A DNA stretch of 63,639 nucleotides. Source: Eubacteriales bacterium (GTDB lineage Bacteria; Bacillota; Clostridia; Oscillospirales; CAG-272). The notes below the pieces were generated by a model. It was not told the origin of the DNA, did not search any database, and saw only the letters and a program-made list of their open reading frames with translations. The DNA lies in assembly GCA_045627885.1 (NCBI GenBank), contig JAZQOM010000011.1, positions 1 through 63,639 of the forward strand, given 5' to 3'. A program made the translations under genes and the position numbers. Shown here piece by piece: positions 45,746-55,167 of this stretch (the first letter of the stretch is position 1; the number at the start of each line of letters is the position of its first letter).

Positions 45746-48241
45746 ATGAAAAAACGCCTTTTCGTAGCGGCGATAGCATTGGTTATGCTATTATCCTGCA
45801 TTCTTTCAAGCTGTTCGACAGTCAGCGATGAAGAAGTCGGCGATGCTGACCTTGTCGATACAACCGGTTATGCTTGCATAAAAGTATACGGCGTAAAGAA
45901 TCCGGGCACGACTGATGAAGCGATTGCCGCGGTTGAAGAAGCTATAAATGTTTTAACTCTTAAAGAGTTTAAGACTAAAGTAAAGCTTATGCTTTACACC
46001 GATGATGAGTATGATAAAGCTATTGAGGACGCCAAGGAAGGTCTCAAGCAGCTCGAAGCTCAGAAGAAGAAAGAAAAAGCCGATTCCCGTGCTGAATCAA
46101 AGCGTCTTGCTAAGCTCAAAACAAACGATTACGAAGCTTACAAAAAAGAAATGGACGCTATCCAAAAAGAGAAGAAGCGTATTGCTGCCGAAAAAGCGGC
46201 AAGAGAGGCACAGCTTCAGAAGGAAGCCGAGGCTGCCGGTGTTGAGTATATTCCTGAAATAGATGTACCCGATGTCGCTATTGATGTCATTCTCGCCAGA
46301 GATTCCGAAGAGCTCAAAAAGTTCAAGGAAGACTCGATGCTCAAGCCTCTTTCGGAATATGTAAGCCTTGATTATAAATCAATCGCGAAATTTATACATC
46401 CGACACTTCTCGGTATGGGAAAAATCAATGACACAATCTACGGTATAGTAAACAATACTTTTGCAGGTACCGTTCAGTATGCTGTTTTTGATACCGAGCT
46501 TTACGAGAAGTATTCTTCCGTACTTACCGATGTAAAGAATCTCGGCTCTTTCCGCGCTTATTTTGAAGCAATTAAGGAAAACGAAGCGGATGTTTTGCCG
46601 CTTCTCAACATTCCCGAGTTCATACCCGACGGTGACTATCTCACAAACAGCGCAAACCCCATCGGTGTATATAATCCCGACAATGCGGTTGAGGAAGAAT
46701 TCCACATAGTCAACCTTTTCTCCAACACTAACTATCAGGCATATTTCAACAATATTCTCACATTCAGAAAAGAAGGATATCTTCCCGCTGATGACAATGC
46801 GGTTAACGACCAGACCAAGTGGGCTGTAAAATTTGTCAGCGGCGACGAATATACAAAGAGAGCTCTTGAAGCCGAAGGCTATACAGTCAAAGAGTTCACA
46901 AGCCCCAAGATTACCGATGAGAATTGCAATGTTTCGTTCTACGGCGTATACGCCGATACCGCATATCCCACGAGAGCTATGCAGTTTATCGAGATGCTTA
47001 CCACAGACGAAAACCTCCAGATGATATTTGCATACGGCATCGAGGGCGTCAACTATGAGCTTACGGAAGACGGCAGAGTAAAGAGACTTAACGATACATA
47101 CAGCATCGACCTTTCTTATGTAGGTAACAGATTTATCGGTCATCCTACTGTTGACGAAGACCCCAATCTCTTTGATATAGCAAGAGAGATGAATAAAAAT
47201 GTCAAGATTTCCGCTTTATACGGAACAAAGTTTGACTACAGCAAAGATTATATTGAGGAATATTCTGTAGAAAAAGTCGGAGATAATGTAAAAGGCGGAG
47301 CTGACGCCGCTTTGGAATCTCTGCCGAAAATCAGCGAAGACAGTGAAGACAGATTCAAATTCAGCGACCTTGTAAACGGCGAGTATGCTCCCGATGCGCA
47401 TACCGACGAATATCAGAAGCAGCTCACCTCGTACTGTCTGTCTTATGCAGTCGGCGGCGGTTACTTTATCACATCGGCTTACAATGAAGAAAAAGACGGA
47501 TTCTATGTAGTTAATACGGAAAGAAGCAAGCTTAATCTGCCGACGGAATTCAATGCTTTGATTCACGCAAAGCAGCTTCCCTCGGAAATAGTTGAGCTTA
47601 TGAAGACGGCAAGCGCTTCTTCCGACAAAAAAGAGCAAAGTCTTCTTGTTCAAGACCCGAACAACGAAAACAATTCGACATATTACAGCGTATATCCGAT
47701 AATCGAAAGCGATAAGGTTGTAGGTCTTGTTTGCTCGATATCTTATCTTGAGGATACGATAGTTAAACTTGAAGGCATACTTGCAGAGTACTGGGATGAC
47801 ATTACAACCGGAATTCCCGATTCTTCAATAGCAAGATTTGCCGATAAGATTTCTAACAAAATCGCAGAGCTTGAAAATGAGCGCAGCATCTTGAAGCGCA
47901 AGTATAATAATGCGTCTACTCCGGATGAAAAGTTAATTTACAAGCTTGAGCTTGACGAGGTTCCGTCAAATCAGAGCGCAATAAGAGAGCTTATTGCCGA
48001 GATAAGCACCGACACCAAGGTTGTTGACGGCTATGTAAACGCTCTTTACAAGAAATACACGGCTTATGCTTCAGGTAAACTTTCACACGATGCTTATGCT
48101 TCGTCTGTAAAGAGTATTTTGAAGAAAGATTACATAAAGATATGGAATGTTTGGGATGAAATCTCGGATATGAACAAGCGTTTCGAGGATGAAACAAACA
48201 TGATATCTTTGCTTGAATTGCTCAACAAACAGTATAAATAA
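45746..48241 (+). CDS. Large lipoprotein, solute-binding-protein-like, with a coiled-coil insertion
   Basis: 831 aa with lipobox ILSSC. The regions flanking a K/E/A-rich heptad-like insert (about residues 95-170) resemble family-1 extracellular solute-binding proteins. No permease or ATPase genes are adjacent. Confidence 0.55.
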   Translation: MKKRLFVAAIALVMLLSCILSSCSTVSDEEVGDADLVDTTGYACIKVYGVKNPGTTDEAIAAVEEAINVLTLKEFKTKVKLMLYTDDEYDKAIEDAKEGLKQLEAQKKKEKADSRAESKRLAKLKTNDYEAYKKEMDAIQKEKKRIAAEKAAREAQLQKEAEAAGVEYIPEIDVPDVAIDVILARDSEELKKFKEDSMLKPLSEYVSLDYKSIAKFIHPTLLGMGKINDTIYGIVNNTFAGTVQYAVFDTELYEKYSSVLTDVKNLGSFRAYFEAIKENEADVLPLLNIPEFIPDGDYLTNSANPIGVYNPDNAVEEEFHIVNLFSNTNYQAYFNNILTFRKEGYLPADDNAVNDQTKWAVKFVSGDEYTKRALEAEGYTVKEFTSPKITDENCNVSFYGVYADTAYPTRAMQFIEMLTTDENLQMIFAYGIEGVNYELTEDGRVKRLNDTYSIDLSYVGNRFIGHPTVDEDPNLFDIAREMNKNVKISALYGTKFDYSKDYIEEYSVEKVGDNVKGGADAALESLPKISEDSEDRFKFSDLVNGEYAPDAHTDEYQKQLTSYCLSYAVGGGYFITSAYNEEKDGFYVVNTERSKLNLPTEFNALIHAKQLPSEIVELMKTASASSDKKEQSLLVQDPNNENNSTYYSVYPIIESDKVVGLVCSISYLEDTIVKLEGILAEYWDDITTGIPDSSIARFADKISNKIAELENERSILKRKYNNASTPDEKLIYKLELDEVPSNQSAIRELIAEISTDTKVVDGYVNALYKKYTAYASGKLSHDAYASSVKSILKKDYIKIWNVWDEISDMNKRFEDETNMISLLELLNKQYK

Positions 48242-48246
48242 TTATT

Positions 48247-48285
48247 ATGTATGACGGAAGCCTTGCTCCCGTCATACATTTGATT
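48247..48285 (+). terminator. Hairpin terminator after the lipoprotein gene
   Basis: 11-bp stem ATGTATGACGG/CCGTCATACAT. The T-run (TTTGATT) is weak. Confidence 0.55.
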
Positions 48286-48304
48286 AAAATATTTGTAAAA
48301 TCTA

Positions 48305-48333
48305 TTGCAATTTGCATTTTATTGTGATATGAT
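48305..48333 (+). promoter_or_regulatory. secG promoter
   Basis: -35 TTGCAA (48305-48310), 17-nt spacer, TGaTATGAT extended -10 (hexamer 48328-48333). Confidence 0.65.
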
Positions 48334-48386
48334 ACGACTGTTAGCTATGTGCTGGTAATATCAGCAATAATTATTTCGGAGGAAAT

Positions 48387-48851
48387 ATGGGTACATTTTA
48401 TTTGGTATTTGGAATACTTATCGTCGTCTGCGCAATATTTTTGATTATTGCAGTTCTTATGCAGAGTTCAAAGAACAGAGCTCTTTCCGGTGTAATTTCC
48501 GGAGGCGCGGAGACATTTTTCGGAAAGAAAAAAGCTTCTTCGGTTGAAAAGACGCTCAATGTTCTTACAATAATCGTTTCTATTATCTTCGTTCTTCTCG
48601 TACTTACAATGTATATTGCAGGTCCGATTATCGAAAAGAAGAAGAACACTCCCGCACCGACCGACAAGCAGAATGAAGAAGTTGTCGATACCGACGACGA
48701 GAAAAAAGCCGACGAAGATAAAGAAAACGAAGGCGAAAAAGAGTCAGAGGAAGAGGAAACAAAGCCCGAAGATGATAAGGGAGAAGCTACTGACAACAAA
48801 GGCGAGGGTGCTGATGAGGAAGCTCCCGCAGAAAATGGCGAAAACGAATAA
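48387..48851 (+). CDS. secG: Preprotein translocase subunit SecG with a long acidic C-terminal extension
   Basis: The first ~78 aa match SecG: two TM helices and the loop LMQSSKNRALSGVISGGAETFFGKKK. About 75 further residues are D/E/K-rich. Confidence 0.8.
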   Translation: MGTFYLVFGILIVVCAIFLIIAVLMQSSKNRALSGVISGGAETFFGKKKASSVEKTLNVLTIIVSIIFVLLVLTMYIAGPIIEKKKNTPAPTDKQNEEVVDTDDEKKADEDKENEGEKESEEEETKPEDDKGEATDNKGEGADEEAPAENGENE

Positions 48852-48910
48852 TCCGCTATAATAACTTAACACCGCAGAGGTAAAGACCTTGAGCGGAAAC
48901 TTTACAAATG

Positions 48911-48949
48911 AGGCTTTCTTAAAGGTGTTACTTTAAGAAAGCCTTTTTT
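48911..48949 (+). terminator. secG intrinsic terminator
   Basis: 14-bp stem AGGCTTTCTTAAAG/CTTTAAGAAAGCCT followed by a T-run. Confidence 0.85.
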
Positions 48950-48960
48950 ACGAGGTACCA

Positions 48961-49971
48961 ATGAATAAAGAAAATTGTTGCAATACTAAAAGCCGAAAAG
49001 CAACCGTAGGCGGACAAGCTGTTGTCGAAGGCGTAATGATGAAGAGTAAGACTCATTGTGCTATTGCCGTAAGAGCTGATGACGGTACAATAAATGTTGA
49101 GTCAAGACCGTATACAACTATCTGCCAGCGTACCAAGCTCGGCAAAATTCCGGTTGTTCGCGGAGTTGTCAATTTTGCGGAAACCCTGAAGCTTTCGATG
49201 GATACGCTTACCCGTTCTACCGAAATGCTCGGAATTGAAGAAGAGCCTTCAAAATTTGAAAAGTGGCTTTCCGAAAAACTCGGAAAAAGCTTGATGAGTG
49301 TAGTGAGCGCTGTCGGCGTAATTCTCGGAGTTCTGCTTTCCGTAGGTCTTTTTATCTTTCTGCCCACAAAGATTGCTGACTTAATCATTCCGCTTTTTGA
49401 CATTGATGCGGACTCTTATCTGTACAATCTAATTTACAGTCTTACTCGCGGAGTGTTCAGAATTATTATATTTGTGGCATACCTTATGCTTATCTCGCTT
49501 TGGAAGGATATGTACCGAGTATTTCAGTATCACGGAAGCGAGCATATGTCTATCTTTGCTTATGAAAACGGCGATGAGCTTACAGTTGAAAATGTAAAGA
49601 AATACAAGAGATTCCACCCGAGATGCGGAACGAGCTTTATGGTAGTTATGATGATTATCAGCATTTTGCTTTTATCATTGGTTCCGTGGAATCGTATTGG
49701 CGGAGGCTCTCTTGTCAGAACGCTTATCGGTATTGTTTTTCTGCCTCTTATTGTCGGAGTGGGTTATGAATTTTTGATGTTTGCCGGAAAACACGATGAC
49801 AATACGATTATGAAAATACTTTCAGCTCCCGGACTTTGGGTGCAGAGAATTACCACAAAACAGCCGGACGACGATATGCTTGAGGTGGCGATAGCTTCTC
49901 TTAAGGCTTCGCTTCCGGAAGTATTTCCGCCAGAAGAAGCAACAGAACAGAACGAAAATGACGGTATTTGA
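48961..49971 (+). CDS. DUF1385 (YqhQ-like) membrane protein
   Basis: 336 aa with the N-terminal motif VGGQAVVEGVMMK and C-terminal TM helices. Position upstream of prmC is typical for this family. Confidence 0.8.
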   Translation: MNKENCCNTKSRKATVGGQAVVEGVMMKSKTHCAIAVRADDGTINVESRPYTTICQRTKLGKIPVVRGVVNFAETLKLSMDTLTRSTEMLGIEEEPSKFEKWLSEKLGKSLMSVVSAVGVILGVLLSVGLFIFLPTKIADLIIPLFDIDADSYLYNLIYSLTRGVFRIIIFVAYLMLISLWKDMYRVFQYHGSEHMSIFAYENGDELTVENVKKYKRFHPRCGTSFMVVMMIISILLLSLVPWNRIGGGSLVRTLIGIVFLPLIVGVGYEFLMFAGKHDDNTIMKILSAPGLWVQRITTKQPDDDMLEVAIASLKASLPEVFPPEEATEQNENDGI

Positions 49972-50794
49972 AGCTTATAAAGCAGGCATTGTATCTCTTG
50001 CCGAAAACGGCGTTGAGAACGCCGAATTTGACGCAAAGCTTCTTTTGCTTTTTTCGCTCGGAATAACAAAAGAAGAATATGCACTGAATAAAAACGAGCC
50101 TTGTGATAATACAAGGCTTGAAATCTTTTTTGATTTAATAAAAAAGCGTTCTTGTCGCGTTCCGCTTCAATATTTGCTTGGGAAATGGGAGTTTTGCGGA
50201 AACGAATTTATCGTAAGTCCGCTTTGTCTTATTCCGCGCCCCGAAACTGAGCTTACGGTTAATGCGGCTCTTTCGCTCGGAATTGAGAATTGCCGTTTTG
50301 CGGATATGTGTACGGGAAGCGGTTGCATAGGCATAAGTTACGCGAAAGCCGCTGAAAACAGCAGAGGATTTCTTCTCGATATCTCGTCCGAAGCTCTTTC
50401 GGTAGCAGAAGAAAACGCCGAGCTCAACAATGTATCCGACAGAATCGAAATAAGACGATTTGATGTATTTTCGGACGAGCTATGTCCCGATATTGACCTT
50501 CTTATGTCAAATCCGCCTTATATTCCGAAAAAGGATATGCTTTGCTTACAGCCGGAAGTGAAATTTGAGCCGGAAATCGCTCTGTATGGCGGTGAAGACG
50601 GTCTTGATTTTTACAGAAGAATCTGCTCAAGTCATGTAACCAAGCTCAAGAGCGGAGCTTATGTAATATTTGAGCTTGGTATTTCTCAATATACAAGCGT
50701 ATGCAAAATGCTTGAAAATTCGGGATGTAACATAATCCAACTAATAAAAGACGACGGCGGTATAGAACGCACTGTCGTAGCAAAGAGGAAATAA
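49958..50794 (+). CDS. prmC: Release factor glutamine N5-methyltransferase PrmC
   Basis: 278 aa. SAM-binding [10 protein letters not shown] and the NPPY motif (SNPPYIP). Confidence 0.9.
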   Translation: MTVFEAYKAGIVSLAENGVENAEFDAKLLLLFSLGITKEEYALNKNEPCDNTRLEIFFDLIKKRSCRVPLQYLLGKWEFCGNEFIVSPLCLIPRPETELTVNAALSLGIENCRFADMCTGSGCIGISYAKAAENSRGFLLDISSEALSVAEENAELNNVSDRIEIRRFDVFSDELCPDIDLLMSNPPYIPKKDMLCLQPEVKFEPEIALYGGEDGLDFYRRICSSHVTKLKSGAYVIFELGISQYTSVCKMLENSGCNIIQLIKDDGGIERTVVAKRK

Positions 50795-50795
50795 T

Positions 50796-52697
50796 ATGTC
50801 TGAAGAGAACATAACGGAATACGATGCGGGAAGTATTGATGTTGCCGTCGTAGGCGCGGGACACGCCGGAATTGAGGCGGCTCTTGCTTGTGCAAGGCTC
50901 GGACTCGATACCGTGCTTTTTACTATATGCCTCGATTCTGTCGCTAATCTGCCGTGCAATCCCGCAATAGGCGGAAGCGGAAAAGGTCACCTTGTCTGCG
51001 AGCTTGACGCTTTAGGCGGCGAGATGGGCAGATGCGCAGATTCCGTAATGCTTCAAAGTCGTATTCTCAACGGCACAAAGGGCGTTGCCGTACATTCGTT
51101 AAGGCAGCAAACCGACAGGCGCCGTTACCAAATGGCTATGAAGAAGACCATAGAAAACACAAAGAATCTTCTTTTGAAGCAGGCGCAGATTACAAAGCTC
51201 GTGGTAGAAGACGGCAAAGTCAAGAGCGTGGTTACGGAGCTCGGTGCGGTATACTCCGTTAAAGCCGTTATAATCTGCACAGGAACTTATCTCGGCGGAA
51301 GAATTATCGTCGGTGATGTTTCATACAGCGGCGGCCCCGACGGCTCTCATGCGGCGATAGGACTTACCGAATCACTTGAAAAAGCAGGCGTAAAGATGAT
51401 GAGATTCAAGACGGGAACACCGTCAAGAATTCACGCCGACAGTATTGATTTTTCGGAGCTTGAAAAACAATGCGGCGACGAAAATCCGATGTATTTTTCA
51501 TATTATACCAACAAGAGTGAAAAAAGAGAGCAGTTACCTTGCTATGTTACATATACAAATGCAAAAACTCACGAGATAATAAGGAATAATTTGCACCGCT
51601 CTCCGCTCTACTCGGGAAAGATTAAGGGCGTCGGCCCGAGATACTGTCCGAGCATTGAGGACAAGGTTGTGCGTTTTGCCGAAAAAGAAAGGCATCAGCT
51701 TTTTATTGAGCCGTGCGGCAGAGATACAAAGGAAATGTATCTTCAGGGCTTCAGCTCTTCGCTTCCGGAAGATGTTCAGCTTCAAATGATACACTCTGTA
51801 AAGGGACTTGAAAATGCAAAGGTTATGCGCACCGCGTACGCTATTGAGTACGACTGCATTGACCCGACACAGCTCTATCCGACGCTTGAATTCAAGAACA
51901 TAAGCGGACTGTACGGAGCAGGTCAGTTTAACGGGACTTCCGGTTACGAGGAGGCTGCCTGTCAGGGGCTTGTTGCCGGCATAAATGCCGCGCAGAAGAT
52001 TCTCGGAAAAGAGCAAATCGTTCTTTCGAGGAGCTCTTCGTATATCGGTACGCTTATTGACGACCTTGTAACCAAGGGAACAAATGAGCCATACAGAATA
52101 ATGACTTCGCGTTGCGAATACAGACTTCTTTTGAGGCAGGATAACGCAGAGGAGCGGCTAATCAAAATAGGCTACGATGTCGGTCTTGTCGAGCGCGAAA
52201 GATATGACGCGGTAATGAAAAGATGCGATGAGATTAAAGCTGAGATAAAGCGAATCTCCCGCGTTGTAATTGCTCCGACGGAGCTTGCAAACAGTATACT
52301 TCGCGCAAAAAACAGTACCGAGCTTGACACGGGAATTCATCTAAACGACCTGATAAAGCGCCCCGAGGTATCATACGACGATACTGCGCCGATTGACAGG
52401 GAGCGTCCAGAGCTTCCGAAAGAAGTAACGCAAAGAGTTCAAACGGAGCTGAAATACGAGGGATATATCGCAAAGGAAATTGCCGAGGTTGAGCGTGTAA
52501 AAAAACTCGAAAACAAAAAGATTCCCGACAACTTCGATTATTCAAAAGTAGTCGGATTAAGGCTTGAAGCAGCACAGAAGCTTGCAAAAATTCGTCCGCT
52601 CAACATCGGTCAGGCATCGAGAATTTCGGGCGTCAGCCCTGCCGATATAACGGTTTTGCTTGTCTATGTGGAGATGAGGAACAGAAATGGAAGATAA
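50796..52697 (+). CDS. mnmG: tRNA uridine 5-carboxymethylaminomethyl modification enzyme MnmG
   Basis: 633 aa with FAD-binding [12 protein letters not shown]. The GidA family is recognisable along the whole length. Confidence 0.96.
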   Translation: MSEENITEYDAGSIDVAVVGAGHAGIEAALACARLGLDTVLFTICLDSVANLPCNPAIGGSGKGHLVCELDALGGEMGRCADSVMLQSRILNGTKGVAVHSLRQQTDRRRYQMAMKKTIENTKNLLLKQAQITKLVVEDGKVKSVVTELGAVYSVKAVIICTGTYLGGRIIVGDVSYSGGPDGSHAAIGLTESLEKAGVKMMRFKTGTPSRIHADSIDFSELEKQCGDENPMYFSYYTNKSEKREQLPCYVTYTNAKTHEIIRNNLHRSPLYSGKIKGVGPRYCPSIEDKVVRFAEKERHQLFIEPCGRDTKEMYLQGFSSSLPEDVQLQMIHSVKGLENAKVMRTAYAIEYDCIDPTQLYPTLEFKNISGLYGAGQFNGTSGYEEAACQGLVAGINAAQKILGKEQIVLSRSSSYIGTLIDDLVTKGTNEPYRIMTSRCEYRLLLRQDNAEERLIKIGYDVGLVERERYDAVMKRCDEIKAEIKRISRVVIAPTELANSILRAKNSTELDTGIHLNDLIKRPEVSYDDTAPIDRERPELPKEVTQRVQTELKYEGYIAKEIAEVERVKKLENKKIPDNFDYSKVVGLRLEAAQKLAKIRPLNIGQASRISGVSPADITVLLVYVEMRNRNGR

Positions 52698-53403
52698 CGA
52701 ATTTTTCAAAGCGCTTTCGGAATGTTCCGAAAAACTGTCGCTTTGCGTAGGTGAGCGAGAAAGCGAAAAGCTTTTTGAGCTTTATAAGATTATGCTTGAT
52801 GAAAACACAAGGCAGAATCTCACCAGAATTACGGAGCCGTCCGATGCCGCCGAAAAGCACATGGCGGACAGTCTTACGGTTTTACCGTATTTGAATCTTT
52901 GCAAAAATCTTGCTGACATCGGATGCGGCGCGGGTTTTCCGACGCTTCCTCTTGCCGTAATGCTCGGCGACTTGAAAATTACCGCGGTTGATTCTACCGG
53001 AAAGAGAATTCGGTATGTTCAATCCGCCGCAGAAAAGCTCGGTCTTTCCAATGTTAAAGCAGTGGCGGCAAGAGCCGAGGAGCTCGGCAAAAAATCCGAA
53101 TACAGAGAAAAATTCGACGCGGTGACCGCAAGAGCCGTCGCATCTTTGAATGTTCTTTGCGAATACTGTCTGCCGCTTGTCAAGGTCGGCGGACGGTTTA
53201 TTGCGATGAAGGCGAGCGTTGCGGATGAGCTCGAATCGGCGAAGAAAGCAATATCCATTCTCGGAGGTAAGCTTGTAAATACGGTTACATTAACACTGCC
53301 TGTTTCTGATTCGGAAAGAAATATTGTCATTATAGAAAAAATTAAGCCCACTCCGGAAAACTATCCGAGAGCAGGCGGTGCAATAGCAAAAAAGCCTTTG
53401 TAA
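52687..53403 (+). CDS. rsmG: 16S rRNA (guanine527-N7)-methyltransferase RsmG
   Basis: 238 aa with SAM-binding DIGCGAGFP. 11-nt overlap with mnmG. Confidence 0.9.
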   Translation: MEDNEFFKALSECSEKLSLCVGERESEKLFELYKIMLDENTRQNLTRITEPSDAAEKHMADSLTVLPYLNLCKNLADIGCGAGFPTLPLAVMLGDLKITAVDSTGKRIRYVQSAAEKLGLSNVKAVAARAEELGKKSEYREKFDAVTARAVASLNVLCEYCLPLVKVGGRFIAMKASVADELESAKKAISILGGKLVNTVTLTLPVSDSERNIVIIEKIKPTPENYPRAGGAIAKKPL

Positions 53404-53411
53404 AAAAGTAC

Positions 53412-53445
53412 ACGCCGAGTGTTCCAAAGAACACTCGGCGTTTTC
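53412..53445. terminator. Bidirectional terminator
   Basis: 13-bp stem ACGCCGAGTGTTC/GAACACTCGGCGT with flanking A and T runs. Lies between convergent genes. Confidence 0.85.
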
Positions 53446-53451
53446 TGTCTT

Positions 53452-53706
53452 TTACTTATTCTTTGATATTGCTTCTTTAAGTGCGATTGAAAGCTGGTCG
53501 GGACAGGATGTCGGCTTCATACCGCATTTGATTCCCGACAGTCTGCTTATCGCTTCATTGACCTGCATACCTTTTACAAGCGCAGATATTCCCTGCGTGT
53601 TGCCGCTGCATCCGCCGATAAAGCGAACTGAGTTGATTATGCCGTCTTCGATATCCACTATTATCTGCCTTGAGCAGGTTCCGTGTGTTGTATATTCATG
53701 TATCAT
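53452..53706 (-). CDS. TSCPD-domain protein (TIGR03905-like)
   Basis: 84 aa with a four-Cys pattern GTCS...GGCSGN...CG.KPTSCPDQL. Confidence 0.78.
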   Translation of the reverse strand: MIHEYTTHGTCSRQIIVDIEDGIINSVRFIGGCSGNTQGISALVKGMQVNEAISRLSGIKCGMKPTSCPDQLSIALKEAISKNK

Positions 53707-53733
53707 TTTAGTTCTCCCTTATTTTATAATTCA

Positions 53734-53761
53734 ATTATACTCATTATTTCCTGTTTTGCAA
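53734..53761 (-). promoter_or_regulatory. Sigma-A-type promoter of the TSCPD gene
   Basis: Minus strand: -35 TTGCAA (53761-53756), 16-nt spacer, -10 TATAAT (53739-53734). Confidence 0.6.
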
Positions 53762-53763
53762 TA

Positions 53764-54480
53764 TTAAGTCAAAGCTTTTTCAATCTTTTGCAGAGCGTTT
53801 TTTTCTATTCTCGAAACATACGACCTTGATATGTTAAGTTCTGCGGCAATTTCTCTCTGTGTCTTCGGAATGTTTCCGAAAAGTCCGTATCGTTTGCAGA
53901 TTATTTCACGCTCTCTTTCGGAAAGATTTTCACATACGGCTCGAAGTGCCTTTGAACATTTGATTTTTACATCTATTGTTTCGCATATATTGTCTTCCGT
54001 GCTGAAAATATCTATGTATGTCAGCGGATTTCCGTTTTTGTCCGTGTCAATCGGGTCATTTATCGAAACTTCGGTATTTGTTCTTTTTTGCGAGCGGAAA
54101 TACATAAAGATTTCATTTTGCAGACATTTTGACGCATAGGTCGCAAAGCGTGTTCCATTATCCGGATTAAATGTATCAACTGCCTTTATAAGTCCGATTG
54201 TTCCTATCGAAAGCAAGTCGTCCTGGTCGCAGTTTGCGCAATATTTTTTGACTATATGTGCGACAAGGCGCAAGTTGTGTTCTATAAGCTTTGCCCTTGC
54301 TTTACCGTCTCCGTTTTTCATTTTTTCGAAGCATTCGCGTTCTTCTTCTTTTGAAAGCGGAGGCAGAAATGTCATATTTCCGCCCATTTTAAGAGATGCG
54401 AAGAATATTGAGCAGATAAGTGCAATTATATCCGTGAAATCACCCCATTGGTTTTTTATTATTTTATTCGAAAAAAACAA
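53764..54480 (-). CDS. sigK: Sporulation sigma factor, pro-sigma-K
   Basis: 238 aa. LIEHNLRLVAHIVKK and ISRSYVSRIEK are near-identical to B. subtilis SigK. A hydrophobic pro-sequence precedes LPPLSKEEE. The gene is uninterrupted. The exact start is uncertain. Confidence 0.82.
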   Translation of the reverse strand: MFFSNKIIKNQWGDFTDIIALICSIFFASLKMGGNMTFLPPLSKEEERECFEKMKNGDGKARAKLIEHNLRLVAHIVKKYCANCDQDDLLSIGTIGLIKAVDTFNPDNGTRFATYASKCLQNEIFMYFRSQKRTNTEVSINDPIDTDKNGNPLTYIDIFSTEDNICETIDVKIKCSKALRAVCENLSEREREIICKRYGLFGNIPKTQREIAAELNISRSYVSRIEKNALQKIEKALT

Positions 54481-54567
54481 AACATATCACATTTATCGGA
54501 TTTTTTCTATTGAAATTTGTATTCATTTTAGCTATAATAAATATATAAAAATAATTTGGAAGAATTT

Positions 54568-55155
54568 ATGATTGACATTAACTTAAAGAATGTATTTTCC
54601 GATATTCCGCCGATGGCTTCCGACAGGCTCATTCTGCGCAGAATGAAAGAAACGGACGCAGACGATATGTTTGAATATGCGTCGGCAGAGGAAACTACCC
54701 GGTTTCTGTTATGGCAACCGCACAAGACTAAAAGATTTACGAAGAATTATCTCAAATTCATACAAAAGCAATATAAATCCGGAGAATTCTACGATTGGGC
54801 GGTAACGCTTAAAGACAGCGGAAAAATGATTGGCACTTGCGGATTTACAAATATAAATTCCGAGAATATGAGAGCCGAAATAGGCTATGTAATAAATCCG
54901 AAATACCACGGCTTCGGATATGCTACGGAAGCCGCTATGCTCGTTGTAAGATTTGCTTTTGAGCAGCTTGACATTCACAGGCTTGAAGCAAAATTCATCG
55001 TCGGCAACGACGCGTCGGAAAATGTGATGCGCAAGCTCGGAATGAAAAAAGAAGGCATCATGCGCGAATATATGTTCATAAAAGGCGATTTTCGCGATAT
55101 TTGTATGTATTCAATGCTTGCCGAAGATTATTTCAGGCAAAGATATAATATTTGA
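54568..55155 (+). CDS. GNAT family N-acetyltransferase (RimJ/RimL-like)
   Basis: Start set to ATG 54568 rather than the TTG at 54556. GNAT core (IGYVINPKYHGFGYATEA). Confidence 0.8.
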   Translation: MIDINLKNVFSDIPPMASDRLILRRMKETDADDMFEYASAEETTRFLLWQPHKTKRFTKNYLKFIQKQYKSGEFYDWAVTLKDSGKMIGTCGFTNINSENMRAEIGYVINPKYHGFGYATEAAMLVVRFAFEQLDIHRLEAKFIVGNDASENVMRKLGMKKEGIMREYMFIKGDFRDICMYSMLAEDYFRQRYNI

Positions 55156-55167
55156 CGGAGAAAAAAT

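Noticed and set aside
46002-46262. 86-aa K/R-rich alternate-frame ORF inside the lipoprotein gene, plus the ORFs at 48398-48799 and 48616-48861 inside secG
   Set aside because: These are frame-shifted readings of purine-rich repetitive coding sequence for K/E-rich segments. They have no independent start signals.
53764-54480. Searched for a skin-like prophage or recombinase interrupting sigK
   Set aside because: The sigK reading frame is continuous from the pro-sequence to region 4.2, and no recombinase gene is nearby.
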